Source of the DNA: an uncultured Verrucomicrobiae bacterium
Lineage (GTDB): Bacteria > Verrucomicrobiota > Verrucomicrobiia > Chthoniobacterales > UBA10450
DNA: 64,000 bases
Reading direction: 5' to 3'
NCBI GenBank assembly: GCA_963801815.1
Contig: CAWDGJ010000003.1
Span: 608,001 to 672,000 of the forward strand
The notes under the pieces were generated by a model. It was not told the DNA's origin and ran no database searches. It saw only the letters and a list, made by a program, of their open reading frames with translations. The position numbers and the translations under genes were made by a program. Shown in pieces: positions 45,828-59,865 of the stretch. Position 1 is the first letter of the stretch, and every line of letters starts with the position of its first letter.

Positions 45828-45925
45828 TTTTAACCGCGGATTTCACGAAGATGTTGCAGCCACGGCGCTGTGCGCCGTTGGAGGGGTGACTTTTCACCAC
45901 CAAGGCCACGAAGTTGTAGAGGCGC

Positions 45926-45989
45926 TTACGCTCCCGCTAGTGCATCCAGAGAGAACCCTACTTGTGGTTTGCCGCAGAGCGGCATGATT
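45926..45989 (-). mobile_element. 64-bp mini-element, copy B, inside a GTAG REP
   Basis: One substitution from copy A and the same insertion point. The REP plus element forms a direct repeat of about 127 bp (45246-45372 vs 45915-46043). Confidence 0.75.
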
Positions 45990-46114
45990 GTGCCAAGCGC
46001 CTGTTTAGATTAGCTCGGTGCTTGAGAACAAGCACCGCTACAACGCGCCGCAGTTTTGGCCGCGTCGGATTAATTTCTACTTTTTACTTCCTAATTTTGC
46101 CTTAGCGTAGCGAA

Positions 46115-46215
46115 AGATAGCGGGGGAGCCGGATGGCTGAGAGGTGCCGTCCCGCCATGGCGGGATGGACGACCCCTTGAACCTGATGCGGGTAATGCCG
46201 ACGCAGGGAGGTCAG
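46115..46215 (+). ncRNA. TPP riboswitch
   Basis: GGGGAGCC..GGCTGAGAG..GACCCCTTGAACCTGATGCGGGTAATGCC..CGCAGGGA, upstream of thiC. Confidence 0.93.
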
Positions 46216-46241
46216 CCGTGCTCATCTGCATGACCAGCGTT

Positions 46242-48791
<2,550 letters not shown>

Positions 48792-48992
48792 ATGAAAGCG
48801 AATCCAGAACCTGAGATCGTTACAAAGAACGGAAAGCCTGTGTCGGTGATTTTGCCGATTAAAAAATATCAGGAGTTGATCGAGCGTTTGGAAGACTCCG
48901 GGGATGTTGCTTGGTTGAAAAAGGCGCGGAAGAAACCGCTCCATTATCGGCCGCTAGAGGAATATCTCGCCGACCGTAAAGCGCGTGTTTGA
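48792..48992 (+). CDS. Phd/YefM-like antitoxin
   Basis: IVTKNGKPVSVILPIKKYQELIERLED; overlaps the toxin gene. Confidence 0.8.
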   Translation: MKANPEPEIVTKNGKPVSVILPIKKYQELIERLEDSGDVAWLKKARKKPLHYRPLEEYLADRKARV

Positions 48993-49239
48993 CGTTCTTC
49001 TTGAACGCGGCGTCGAAAGAGATCTGCGTCGGCTACCTCAAGCGATTCATGACCGAATTATTCGCGCGCTCAATGGCCTTTCGACAAATCCTCGACCGCC
49101 AGGTTGCCGGAAACTTAGCGGGAGCAAAAACGATTGGCGAATACGCGTCGGTGATTATCGTGTGATTTACGAAATCGCCGATGCTAATCAGATTATTCGA
49201 GTGAATCGCGTACGGCATCGGAGAGAGGTTTATCGGTAA
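48985..49239 (+). CDS. RelE/ParE-family toxin
   Basis: NPRPPGCRKLSG..WRIRVGDYRVIYEI...VRHRREVYR. Confidence 0.92.
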   Translation: MFDVLLERGVERDLRRLPQAIHDRIIRALNGLSTNPRPPGCRKLSGSKNDWRIRVGDYRVIYEIADANQIIRVNRVRHRREVYR

Positions 49240-49282
49240 CAAAATGAATTTGGCCTCTTTGCTGGTCACTGGTCACATGTCT

Positions 49283-49316
49283 GGTTTCCCGAACCGACTC
49301 GTCGGCTTCCCTAGGC
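49283..49316 (-). repeat. Palindromic repeat; empty version of the target of mini-element copy C
   Basis: Reverse complement GCCTAGGGAAGCCGACGAGTCGGTTCGGGAAACC compared with the filled site GCCTAGGG[AA..AA]GCCGGCGACTCGGCTCGGGAAGCC at 59793-59889. Confidence 0.7.
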
Positions 49317-49389
49317 TGATGCGCGAAAAAGCTTACAGCCTCCCGCCGCAGAGTTCGCGCCCGCGAACCGCACTCGTCACTTCTTAGAT

Positions 49390-49932
49390 ATGAATATTGA
49401 GACGCTCCATATCGGTATGAAGGTGCGCCATCCGCAATACGGCGTCGGAGTGGTGAGATCATTGACCGAGCAAACGGCTGAGATCGCGTTTGATGATGCT
49501 CCGCGGACAATCGCGCCGGCCTCCAGCGATCTACAACCTGCTGAATCGACCGCCACCCTGAGCGAGCTGCAGATGCCGCTTTCGAATCTGATCCGTGACA
49601 CAACGCAGGCCGTCGTTGAAGCGCTCGGGCTCGAACAAAAAGACGTGGTCGTGGAAGGTCTCGCGAATCGATGGCAGCACGGTACGCTGGTCATGCAATC
49701 GGCTGACAGCTCGCTTCAGCCAAAAGAAGTGCCGCTCGAGACGTTCTTTCATAAGATCGTCATGATCCGGAACAATCTGCGAGTTCTCGAGCAGAAGGTG
49801 AACGCAAGCGACAAACTAAGCGATGCCGACAAGTTCGATCTGCAACAGTACATTACTCGTTGTTACGGCTCGCTCACCACATTCAACATTCTGTTCAAGA
49901 ACAAAGACGACCAGTTCCGAAGCGGCGCCTGA
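49390..49932 (+). CDS. Hypothetical protein with N-terminal SH3-like (VRHPQYGVGVV) domain
   Basis: Clean 180-aa ORF with globular composition. Confidence 0.7.
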   Translation: MNIETLHIGMKVRHPQYGVGVVRSLTEQTAEIAFDDAPRTIAPASSDLQPAESTATLSELQMPLSNLIRDTTQAVVEALGLEQKDVVVEGLANRWQHGTLVMQSADSSLQPKEVPLETFFHKIVMIRNNLRVLEQKVNASDKLSDADKFDLQQYITRCYGSLTTFNILFKNKDDQFRSGA

Positions 49933-50051
49933 ATACCAACCAGCTTGTCACTCGTCACTTCGCCTCAACAGAAGGCCAAAGAATTCAACGAAGGCGGCGC
50001 CGAGATTTATTCAAAGGCCTGAACGCACTTCCTCGCGAAACTCGGTCGTCG

Positions 50052-50486
50052 TTAGCTGCGTTTGGACGTGATCCGCGCGCTGCCTAAAAATGTCGCGTTC
50101 TCGTCTACTGCCAGACGCGGTGCGGCGATGTCGCCGCGCAATGTCGCACTGGCCGCGAGAGTACACTTCTCCGAAGCGGTAACGTTTCCGTGGACTTCGC
50201 CGTTTACGATGACGGATCCGACGTTGATGTCACCGGTAATGCGCGCATGTTCTCCTACGGTAAGCACCCCGGTCGAATTCACATTGCCTTTGATCTCACC
50301 ATCAATTACGAGCTCGGTGCTGAATTTCACGTTGCCGACGATCGACACCCCGCTGGAGAGCATTCCTCCTGCGCGGGCGTGAGTTGGCCAGTCGCCCGGG
50401 CGTTCCATTCGGCCGGCTGGTGACGGAGTTGAAGTCGTGGCCGGAGAGGGCTGGTCGTTTCTTGAGCTGGATCCAAACATTGCCAT
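50052..50486 (-). CDS. Bactofilin (polymer-forming cytoskeletal protein)
   Basis: Beta-helix repeats LVIDGEIKGNV, LTVGEHARITGDI and VIVNGEVHGNV. Confidence 0.88.
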   Translation of the reverse strand: MAMFGSSSRNDQPSPATTSTPSPAGRMERPGDWPTHARAGGMLSSGVSIVGNVKFSTELVIDGEIKGNVNSTGVLTVGEHARITGDINVGSVIVNGEVHGNVTASEKCTLAASATLRGDIAAPRLAVDENATFLGSARITSKRS

Positions 50487-50646
50487 AGCGGTAAGTAATT
50501 AAATAGAACTTATCTGATTACTCGAAAGGCGCCGCTTCGCCAGCGGAACCTTAAAAATCTAAGTGCCGGGTCGAGCGATTAAATTCGCAAACAGACGAAC
50601 TTCGTCAAAATTACGCGAGCTTGCAAAACCTGCGCAACTCTGCATT

Positions 50647-53600
50647 TCACTTTGCTGCGCCGGCGACTTTGTTCGCTTCCACGATGTCGGCTTCTAACTT
50701 TTGCTCGCCTTGTTTCGTTTGCTGATCGAGTTCACTGAAGACGGACTCTTGGGCCGCAGTTGGTCGATCGTAGGACAGGTCGATGTCTGCGGCGAGGTAG
50801 GCAAGATGATCGCGCAGCTTGGTTTCGTGAAGGAGACTGCCTTCGCTCGCTCTCATCTCCATTTGCGCAACGCTATCGATGTCGCGGGTGAGTGCGGCTA
50901 GAAGCGTAGCGGCTTGGGTGTCGGTCGCGCCGTGGGCGGACGCGGCCTTCTGAAGCTTGTCACGCAAGGCCAGCGCCTGGTTGATGTTTTTATTCAGCGC
51001 GTCGAGATCGGCATGAATCTTCAGGTCTACCTCCAGGCGGGCTTCCAAATCCGGTTGTGTAGCATGAAGCCGCGGGTCGAGAGCGACGGTCAAGGTTTGT
51101 TGCGTTTTCTTCCCGGCATAATCGAGCACGACCGAATAAGTCCCTGGCACGACCACGGGTCCCTCAACCGAATCCTCCAGACCGCCGGCTGCGATAGGGG
51201 CGTGGTAGCCGGTGACTTCGGTAGCGTACGGATAGCGCAGGTCCCATTGGAGCCGATTCATCCCCGGCTCGGCCGCCGCCAGCTTCGCTTCCTTTTCTCG
51301 AATCTTCTGGTCGGTGCTCTTTTCGATCTTCTCTTCTTCGGTGGCGGCGTTTTCAAGATGCTCGCCGGTCTGCCCGACATCCGCAAACGCTGCGGTCTCC
51401 GCCTTGGCCTTTTCCTCTTTCTCTTTCGCGGTGGCAAGGTGCAGCGGAATGCTGCGAATCACCTTTCCTCCTGAATCGGTGAATTCGAGAATCGCCGGGG
51501 TCTTGCCATCGTAATTCTCGGGCAGGTGAAAAAAGACGGTCGCGCCGAATGGCGGATTGTAGCCGGCGTCTGGAGGACGTCTTCGGTCAGGATCGGGAAG
51601 TCCGTAATCATGAGTCAGCCATGCCTGCTGAGGAGCGAACAGAAAACTGGCGTTTGATTGCACCGCCGGGTTCCTGGTCAACTGCTCGAGAAAAGTCAGA
51701 TTGTCGAGCACCCAAAATGAACGCCCGTGAGTGGCCGCAACGATCTGGCCCTGGCGTGTATTGATTGCAACGTCGCGCACCTGGGATACCGGCAGATTGA
51801 GTGTGAGCGGCTGCCAGTGCGCGCCCGCGTCCAGGCTGCAATACACTGTGCTGCGAGTGCCGACGAACAGCAGCTTGGGTTCATTTGGATCCTGCCGAAT
51901 ATCGAAAACAAATTCGTCTTCTGGCAGCCCGGCTGTAATCGCGGTCCAATGCTTTCCCAAATCAGTCGTCTTGAAGAGGTACGGTTTGAAATCGTCCAAC
52001 ATGTATCGCCGGGCCGTTAGATAGGCCGTTTGTTTGTCGGTGTGATCGGCCTCGATGCAACTGATCCAGGAGTTCTCGGGTAAGCCGGGTGGACTGATCT
52101 TCTGCCAATTCTTACCGCCGTCCGTGGTCACGTGCGCGAGTCCATCATCGGACCCGGCCCAAATGAGATTGCCATCGAGCGGCGAAACCGCCAGCGCGGA
52201 AACCAACGGATAAATTTCGGCTCCCGATTGGTCGAGATCGACCGGGCCGCCGCTTGGTGCTTCGGTGCTCGGCTGATTGCGAGTGAGATCGGGGGAGATT
52301 TGTTTCCAGGTCGCGCCGTAATCGTCACTCTTAAATATATATTGAGCAGCAATGAACAGTTCCTTGGGGTTCGCCGGCGAAAACAGAATCGGATGGGTCC
52401 ACCCAAACCGGTTCTTGAGCTCACCTGACGATGCGCCCTCCTGATAATATGGCCACGGGCTCACGCTCCGGTATTGGTCGGTGCGCTGATCGTGCCTGAC
52501 GAAGATACTGTAGTAACCGCTGCCGTACGTAATCTTGGGATCTCCCGGCTGCGGCACGGTGTAAGTGCTCTCGCCATAGGCCACGCTGTGCCATGCGGCC
52601 AGTGGAATCAACCCGCCGGCATGCGCGCTCGGCCCTTCAAAAGAACCCTCGTCCTGCTGAGCGCCGTAAATGTGATACGGAAACTGGTCGTCAAGATTAA
52701 CGTGGTAAAACTGAGCGGTCGGCTGATTGTGCTCGGTACTCCACGTCTTGCCGGCATCAGTTGAGACCGTCGCCCCGCCGTCGTTGCCCTCGAGCAAAAT
52801 GCGGGGGTCCTCCGGATTTATCCAGACCACGTGATTATCGCCGTGCGGCGTTTTCAGTTTGGTAAAGGTCTTGGCGCCGTCATGCGAAACCCACAGCGCA
52901 TCCACTTCCGGCGCATAGACCGTTTCAGGATCTTTTGGGTCTGCATAAATCGTCATGTAATAAAACGCGCGTTGCCGCAGTTTCATTTCATCGTTCACGC
53001 GTTTCCAGGTGGCCCCTGCGTCATCGGATCGAAACACGCCGCCCTCTTTTGCTTGAATGATGCTGTAAACTGTGTCCGGCTTGCTGGCGGCGATCGACAA
53101 ACCGACCCGTCCCAAAATTGGCTCCTTCGGCAGACCGGGATTGCGCGTGATATTTGTCCAATGTGCACCGCCGTCAGTGGTCTTGTACATCCCGCTGCCC
53201 GGACCTCCGCTTGTTAGGCCCCACGGTTTGCGAACAGCTTGCCACATTGCGGCGTACATCAGGTCCGGATGATTCGGGTCCATCACCAGGCAGATTGCCC
53301 CGGTGTCGTTATCGACGAACAAAGTTTTCCTCCAGGACCTTCCGCCGTCGATCGACTTGAAAATGCCGCGGTTCGCATCGGGAGCGAACACATGCCCCAT
53401 CGAAGCAACGTAAACAATGTTCGCGTCTTTCGGATCGACCAAAATTGCGCTGATCGAATGCGTATCGCGGAGGCCTACGAACTGCCACGTTTTACCGGCA
53501 TCGGTCGATTTGTAAACGCCGTCACCGGGGATTACGTCGCTACGAATATCGGCTTCGCCGGTACCGACATAAAGAATCTTGGGATCGGAGGGCGCCACCG

Positions 53601-53920
53601 CCACCGCGCCGATACTCGAACTCGGACCCGGTATCTTGCCATCAGTGATGTTCTTCCCACTGGACGCCTTCGTCGGTGCTTTTCCAAACGCCGCCGCCGA
53701 CCGCTCCGGCGTAAAAGAGGTTGTTGTTTCCGGGGACGCCGGTCACGGTGACCACGCGCCCGCCGATGTACGGGCCGACCGATCGCCACTTGAGCTTGCT
53801 CATCAGCGTTTGCGGAGCAAGAGACGCTGAGCCTTGAGATCTCGCGAGCGTGGGAAGCAATGCAATTAGAGCGAAAGCAAAAAGCGCACGAAGATTAACG
53901 AAACCAAAGAGACGTTTCAT
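50647..53920 (-). CDS. Second secreted VPS10/BNR-repeat protein (frameshift near 53655)
   Basis: Signal peptide and WRSVGPYIGGR in ORF 53642-53956; Asp-box repeats in ORF 50647-53604. Paralogue of 7086-10334. Confidence 0.87.
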
Positions 53921-54009
53921 GATTCGATTCCTCTGGCCAATTTCTGCGCGTGTCAATATATATACCGCCCTGGACGCTCGAACCTGCGCGCGTCGCGAAC
54001 CGACAAGTC

Positions 54010-54552
54010 ATGATCAAATTTCTCTTCGGGATTGTTATTGGGATCGGGCTGCTTCTTCTGGCTGGTTATTTTTTCGTTGCTCGCGGTGGACTTTTCATGG
54101 GAACGACCGGCGGGCCGTTGCCGATGGAACGATTCATCGTCAGTAAGGCGATTGACGCTTCGATTGGCAAAAGCGCGCAGGACGAATCGCCGCTTCCCGC
54201 GGACGAGACCAATCTTCTCGCCGGCGCCAAGGTTTATCAGCAGAACTGCGCCGGGTGCCACGGCAAACTGGATCAACCCGCTTCGCCAATGGCGAAAAAG
54301 TGGTACCCGCACGTGCCGCAGTTACTTCCGCCGAGCAAAGGCGTGACCGACGATCCGGTGGGAGCGACGCACTGGGTGGTAAAGAACGGGATCCGGTTCA
54401 GCGCCATGCCGTCGTTTGACGGGTCGCTGACCGATAACGAGCTGTGGCAAGTGAGCCAGTTCCTGCGCAACGCCGACAAATTACCTCCGTCCGTGCAGGA
54501 CAGCTCTCCGTCAGTCGCCCGCGCAGTGAATCTTTGCGACCTCCGGTTTTAG
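54010..54552 (+). CDS. Membrane-anchored c-type cytochrome
   Basis: TM anchor, CAGCHG and VKNGIRFSAMPSF. Confidence 0.88.
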   Translation: MIKFLFGIVIGIGLLLLAGYFFVARGGLFMGTTGGPLPMERFIVSKAIDASIGKSAQDESPLPADETNLLAGAKVYQQNCAGCHGKLDQPASPMAKKWYPHVPQLLPPSKGVTDDPVGATHWVVKNGIRFSAMPSFDGSLTDNELWQVSQFLRNADKLPPSVQDSSPSVARAVNLCDLRF

Positions 54553-54642
54553 TGCTAGTCCGCCCCGCATCTTTCGGGTCGCTTTTCGGCGGACGTCCCT
54601 GATAACCTGTCGATCGGTTCCAATCTCGAAGGAGGAAATATC

Positions 54643-54906
54643 ATGCTTCATCTGATTTGGTACATCATCGTTGGTTTGATCGCCGGGTTCGTTGCGAAAT
54701 CGGTCATGCACATGCATATGAGTCTTATGTGGACGATCATTCTCGGGATCGTCGGCTCAGTTGTCGGCGGACTGGTGACGCACATCTTTTCGCGTCCCAA
54801 AGAAGGCGCGCAATTTCATCCGGCCGGGATCATTGTTTCGATCCTCGGCGCGATTCTGGTGCTGTGGCTCTGGCACAAATACAAGCTCCACATTCCCGCC
54901 GGATAA
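54643..54906 (+). CDS. GlsB/YeaQ/YmgE transglycosylase-associated membrane protein
   Basis: IIVGLIAGFVAK, IILGIVGSVVGG and SILGAILVL; RBS AAGGAGG. Confidence 0.88.
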   Translation: MLHLIWYIIVGLIAGFVAKSVMHMHMSLMWTIILGIVGSVVGGLVTHIFSRPKEGAQFHPAGIIVSILGAILVLWLWHKYKLHIPAG

Positions 54907-55118
54907 TCTCTGCTCGATGAATGGAGCCAATGGGAATTGAGCGACATAGATGGGCGAGCCGAGAGGCCGAAGTGAGCGGGCGCGAACGAGTCAACACGGC
55001 TTTGAGCGGGAGCGGCCGGGTAGATGACATAAAAAGTCATCAACACGATTCCTTTCGGAGTGATTGGGACATTAAAAGTCACCTGAAGGGCGAGATTCGC
55101 GGGGAGACGAAGCTCGTC

Positions 55119-55250
55119 AAAATCACGGAGGACGTTCGGAAATTCGCCGCGGAGCAGAAAATTACCGAACAGGAAGCACTTGAAGTCGGCTTAGAGCAAA
55201 AAGCGAAAGAATTCAAAGAAGCGGGTGCTGAAGTTTATTCCAACCTATGA
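55119..55250 (+). pseudogene. thiC: Diverged duplicate of the thiC 3' end
   Basis: [43 protein letters not shown] aligns with the native [11 protein letters not shown]...[26 protein letters not shown]. Confidence 0.85.
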
Positions 55251-55270
55251 ACCAGCATAGCCCTACTCCG

Positions 55271-55643
55271 ATGAGTAGCGATTTTGAGTGGGACCTACAG
55301 CGCCCGGAGCGCACAATAGAGTTATTCGAGCAGTACCAACATTCAGCAGGCGAAGAGGTTTATCAGAGACACTCCGCGCCCAATCGAGCAGGTAGACATG
55401 AGTAAGTATCGGCAGTTCTTCACAGATTACCTAGAGGGAGTCAGATTCCGTGATAACACCGATTGGACCAAGGTCGACATATCGGTCCCGATAATTTTTG
55501 GCCGTGATCAGCAGGAGAAAAAGTTTCCCATAGATGGTCGTCACCGATTGAAAAAAGCGCTCGACCAGGCGCTCCCGACGATTCCGATTGTTTGCCTGAC
55601 CAAGGAAGAAACGGAGAGCATCCGTTCAGGCGCCGCGATCTAA
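55271..55643 (+). CDS. Small ParB/Srx-like domain protein (possible frameshift near 55335)
   Basis: PIIF...IDGRHRLKKA motif in ORF 55398-55643. The upstream ATG at 55271 is in another frame. Confidence 0.5.
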
Positions 55644-55722
55644 CAAATGCTGGCTCCGATGACGGAAGTTTCCGCGAGAGCGCGCCCTATAATTCAATGC
55701 CCCGGAGGCTTGATAGAATCGG

Positions 55723-57525
55723 CTACGATTCCGATGCAATTTGCAACTTGCCCAATAATTGAATAGCAAACATCAAGATAGTTCTCGGTGTCCGTCGGAA
55801 TGTGTAGTAGTGCAAGTGCATCGCGGGTCGAAGTGCTGGCGATATGTGCATCCGCGATACGAAGATATCATAAACACCTGCTAACGGTGCAGTAATTTCT
55901 CTTCCGTCCAGTCCCATACTATCAAGCCACAGTGCTAATCGTTTGATTTGACCCAGCTTCTTTTCCTTCGATTTCTTTGCATTTGTCGGGTCTATTTTTC
56001 CGTTCAGCAAAGAAAGATCGACTGTTTCTGAAACGATTCGATGTAGTTCTTTGCAAAGCAGGCAAACATCACTGAACGAGTCGCAATAGAACCGGTGAAT
56101 CCGATGAAGGAACTCTTCTTCGGATGGTAAGTGCAGAAGAAGCGGCTTTTCGTACACTGTTTCCGTCCGTCCTTGTAAAATCTCCAAATTATTCCAAAGC
56201 ATTGCTTCGGGTGCCCAAGTGTTGGCGGGAGCCGCGAGATTTTGAGACATGTGAAGTTCTTTAGACAGACCGCCCTCCGGGGCGACGTTGCCAAAGACCC
56301 AGTATTTCGGGCCCGTTCAGGAAAGTGCGACATATCTTGTATCCAAGGACGTTGATCAGTCCGACGTCGTTAACTCCGAAATGGAGGATTTGGTGTGGCG
56401 CAGGACCAATTTCACCCGTCTGTGCTGTATACCACTTTATTTCACTCGTCCGCGCTCTAAGTATGTGTCGGATTACTGAAGGTTTAAACCACAGCCAGCC
56501 GCGATATTCTTCCAGATCCTTACCGGCGAGGGTCGCTTGTTCTTGATTTTCGACGCGAAAATGAACGCGCGGCTCGACGTCATCACGCCGAATGCGCGGA
56601 CTCTTTTGCGCTGGCGATATCCAATGTTTTACCCAGATCCTACCGCTTAACCGGAAGAGCTTTTCTCCAGCTGCGACTCTGTCGAACGCTTCGTGTCGAG
56701 GGCTCGGGTTCAGCCGTTGGGTGCGCGTGCATGACAGGAACATCGTCCTCCGGATTAACGCTTTCGCGCCACATGTGAAGCACATGCGTCTTTAACCCAA
56801 AAGGTTGGCCGCCCTCATGAATTTGGTGTCAGATAGCCTTGCCACCAACCGTGATCGAAGTGACGCTGCTGCTGCCGTTGTTGTTCTTCACGAGATTTCT
56901 CCCAGTTTAGGTCCGGAAATGTTTCTTCAACGGCTCTCGAAATGCAAAGCCAGTCAAAAGCAATGCGGCCTTTTTTGCGCACAAATAATCGCGCAGGTGC
57001 TCTGCGCGAAAAAAGTAAAGCGTCGGGAACTCCGCGACCATTCCGCTCAAGTCGAGCAACCTCAACATCATCTTCCTCCGGCGCTATCCACGAATCGCCG
57101 CGTCGCATTAGTCCGAGGCCAACCTCTAATTCTTGAAGCAGGCTCCACTCCTTCGGGTCGCCGGTCGCAAAACTTCTTTTGATTACGGGGTGCAATACCA
57201 GTGGGTTGGCACTGTGGCTACCCGGGGGGTAGAAAGCCATTATCGTCTGCCCACGCTCGATCAGAATTGTGACGGCTGACAGACTGCCAATCGATCTGCT
57301 GAAAGTCTGGCTGAAGATCCAAGGGGACAATTATTGAATCAATGTCTCGGTAACTCTCTCGGAAATCTGCATGCAAACCGACCGTGTCGCAAGCTCTTTT
57401 CTTCTTAGGAGAAGCGGAATCCAGGTCGCGCGATCAAACGACAAGCGTTCAAAGTCTCGAGCTTCAATCCACTCAAGCGGAAATTTATCCTCGACGATTT
57501 TCTGAAGGTCTGTGGGTGATTTCAT
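55723..57525 (-). CDS. Large hypothetical protein, broken into several frames
   Basis: Contiguous protein-like minus-strand ORFs 57331-57525, 56815-57330, 56261-56785 and 55723-56250 in AT-richer DNA. Confidence 0.55.
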
Positions 57526-57585
57526 TGGGAAAGGATCTTTACCTTCGAAATTGTCGGAATTCGATTTTGAACCAATCGCCAGTAA

Positions 57586-58598
57586 TTAGGATGAAGCTTT
57601 GCGCATGATATCGTCTAATTCGCCGTCGGTCAGCAGCAGCGCGTCTGAGCCAATCATTTTCGCCAAAGACTGATTCTCTTTCGAATCTGCTGGCGCAATG
57701 AAGAACTCCAATGAGCAGCGCGCAATTGCTGTCCGCAGATTCTCCGCATCTAGTCGGTAGGGATTACGGCTACCGATCATAACTCGCGTCGCTGTAATGG
57801 GCAAGAGAGCGGCCAAGATCATATCATCGTTTTCGCTTATCGTTTTGAACGGCTTTGTTCCTTCAACGTGAAATACGGTGACACAATCACCGAGGATCAT
57901 GTTTGCCGACGGAAGTTCCGCCACACTGAACCTGAATGTTTTGTAATTCTTGACTCGAATTTCGGGTGCAATCGTTTTGCCCAGCGCTTTGTTGTGTGCC
58001 CCTTTAATAGAGGTGCGCAATGTTTCTGGAAGTGCGCTTATAATATTCCGGTGAGCTCGATCGATTTCGGGTCTCAGCTCATGCAAGGATTCTGACAACC
58101 GATTTGTCATTTCTTGCACAATCGCTCGCGATATCGATTGCGGTAGCCCTGCGCGGCGAAGTGTAGCTTTCGCCATCTCATCGATCTTTTCCGGGTTCCT
58201 TGCCATGTCCGCAGCAAGCAGTTCGTCGACTTTATCATCCGCTGCGAACTGAAGCTACGGTGGACGTTCTCGGTCGTTTGCTGAAAACTTTGTCGCAGAT
58301 GACGCGTTCGAACCTCGAGGTGAGCGAACATCTCAGGCAGAATTCCGGCATCAATCGGACCAGGTGGAGAATCCCGCAGCGCCCGAACGAGACGGCTAAA
58401 CTGTGCTTCCGCGGCCGTTATCGAATCATCGACATGTGTATAGTTTTCTTCTGAATAGAAGGTGCGCTCGACACCGACGTTGCGTGTCCTAACGCGACGA
58501 CCGGGCTGGTTTTTTCGGAAAAGCCAGACAGACCCGTCTGCATCGGCAAACCCTCGCTGAAGAAACTGCGGGAGATAATGTTGGCGATCGCCGGCCAT
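57586..58598 (-). CDS. DUF4238-like protein (frameshifted near 58200-58260)
   Basis: N-terminal QHYLPQFLQRGF motif, then ILGDC and LLPITAT in the C-terminal half. Confidence 0.7.
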
Positions 58599-58883
58599 AT
58601 ATGGAATACCATGGCATATGTTCAGGCGAACGCAATGCCTAGTTTCCTTTGTTCATGCTCCGTTACGACGCCGACATCGCGCGAATTCGACGCAATCGGA
58701 TTACAATCTTTCGACGAAAATCCACGTGTGAAGTCTCGGCAACCAACGCTCCAAGTTGGGATATCTTTTGAACACTGGCGAAAGAATGTTCGCGACTGTT
58801 GAGCGGATAATGTCTCTCACGATACGCTAAATCAGTTTAGCACAAAAAAAGGGGTTGTATCTCGAGATTCAAGATTTCGCATT

Positions 58884-58930
58884 GGTAAACGCTGAAACGC
58901 GGAAAGCTGAAATCAGAGGACAGCGGTCAC
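58884..58930 (+). repeat. Octamer-type repeat; empty version of the target of mini-element copies D and E
   Basis: gctgAAacgcggaaagctga (58891-58910) equals the flanks of copies D and E joined with one AA. Confidence 0.7.
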
Positions 58931-59164
58931 GTGCCGGCGCCCTTGTGCTTGATTGCGGAGAGCGACCGTGATGTGTATCAACGGTTATGAATCTGAAATT
59001 CAGCACGTTGTTAATCGGATTGGGCATGTTTCTGCGCGCCTTCCCGAGGCGCGTCGCCGATTTCCCTAGATCGACAACCTGCGGTTGCGAACTCCCATCG
59101 TAAAGTTTTCTCCCGAAAACCGCTTGCGCAAACTAAGCCGCTCCTCTTCTGTAGAATTCTTCTC

Positions 59165-59734
59165 ATGAATATGAAATTCTGTACCGCATTTATCGGTGCG
59201 CTTTTACTGATACAAACCGGCCCAGTGTTCGGGCAACAAATTCCCGCTAGCGAGCTTCCGCCGCCCGGCACCGATACCGGGCTCGAAGGCAAATACGATC
59301 CGCAAAATGGAATCGCGCAACTGATCCGCGATAAGAGTAGTGAATCGGCTGCGTCGAAGATTTTCGAAGATGAACATGTGCTCGTCTTCATGCCGCTGCC
59401 GGAGGAAGAGGTGGTCGCCCCAGGCCACGTGCTGGTGGTCCCGAAACGAATGGGCGCGCGAAATTTGTTGGATCTCAAGCCGGACGAGATGTGTGCCCTG
59501 CTCGCTGCGGTTCAAAAAGCGGGGATCGCACAAAAAAATGGGTTGGGAGCAACGGGTTTCAGAGTGCAGTCAAATAACGGACTCAGCAGCAGCCAAACCG
59601 TTTACCATCCGCATTTTCACGTAATACCTTCGTATGGAGGGAAAGCGCCCGGAACTCCCGCGCCGAGAAGGAAGCTTTCGGACGCGGAGTACAAAGACGT
59701 CGCAGCGAAGCTGCGCGCGGCCTGGCCCAAGTAG
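59165..59734 (+). CDS. HIT-family hydrolase with signal peptide
   Basis: KIFEDEHVLVF, PGHVLVVPK and QTVYHPHFHVIP (histidine triad). Confidence 0.88.
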   Translation: MNMKFCTAFIGALLLIQTGPVFGQQIPASELPPPGTDTGLEGKYDPQNGIAQLIRDKSSESAASKIFEDEHVLVFMPLPEEEVVAPGHVLVVPKRMGARNLLDLKPDEMCALLAAVQKAGIAQKNGLGATGFRVQSNNGLSSSQTVYHPHFHVIPSYGGKAPGTPAPRRKLSDAEYKDVAAKLRAAWPK

Positions 59735-59800
59735 TCAAAGGCAGAAGGAAAAACTAAGAATTAGGAAATACGGTTCGGAGACGAACCCGTACGCCTAGGG

Positions 59801-59865
59801 AATCACGCCGCTGTGCGGCAAAACCAAAGCCAGGGAACACAATTGATGAACTAGCGGGAGCGTAA
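59801..59865 (+). mobile_element. 65-bp mini-element, copy C
   Basis: AATCACGCCGCTGTGCGGCAA...GATGAACTAGCGGGAGCGTAA. Confidence 0.75.
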
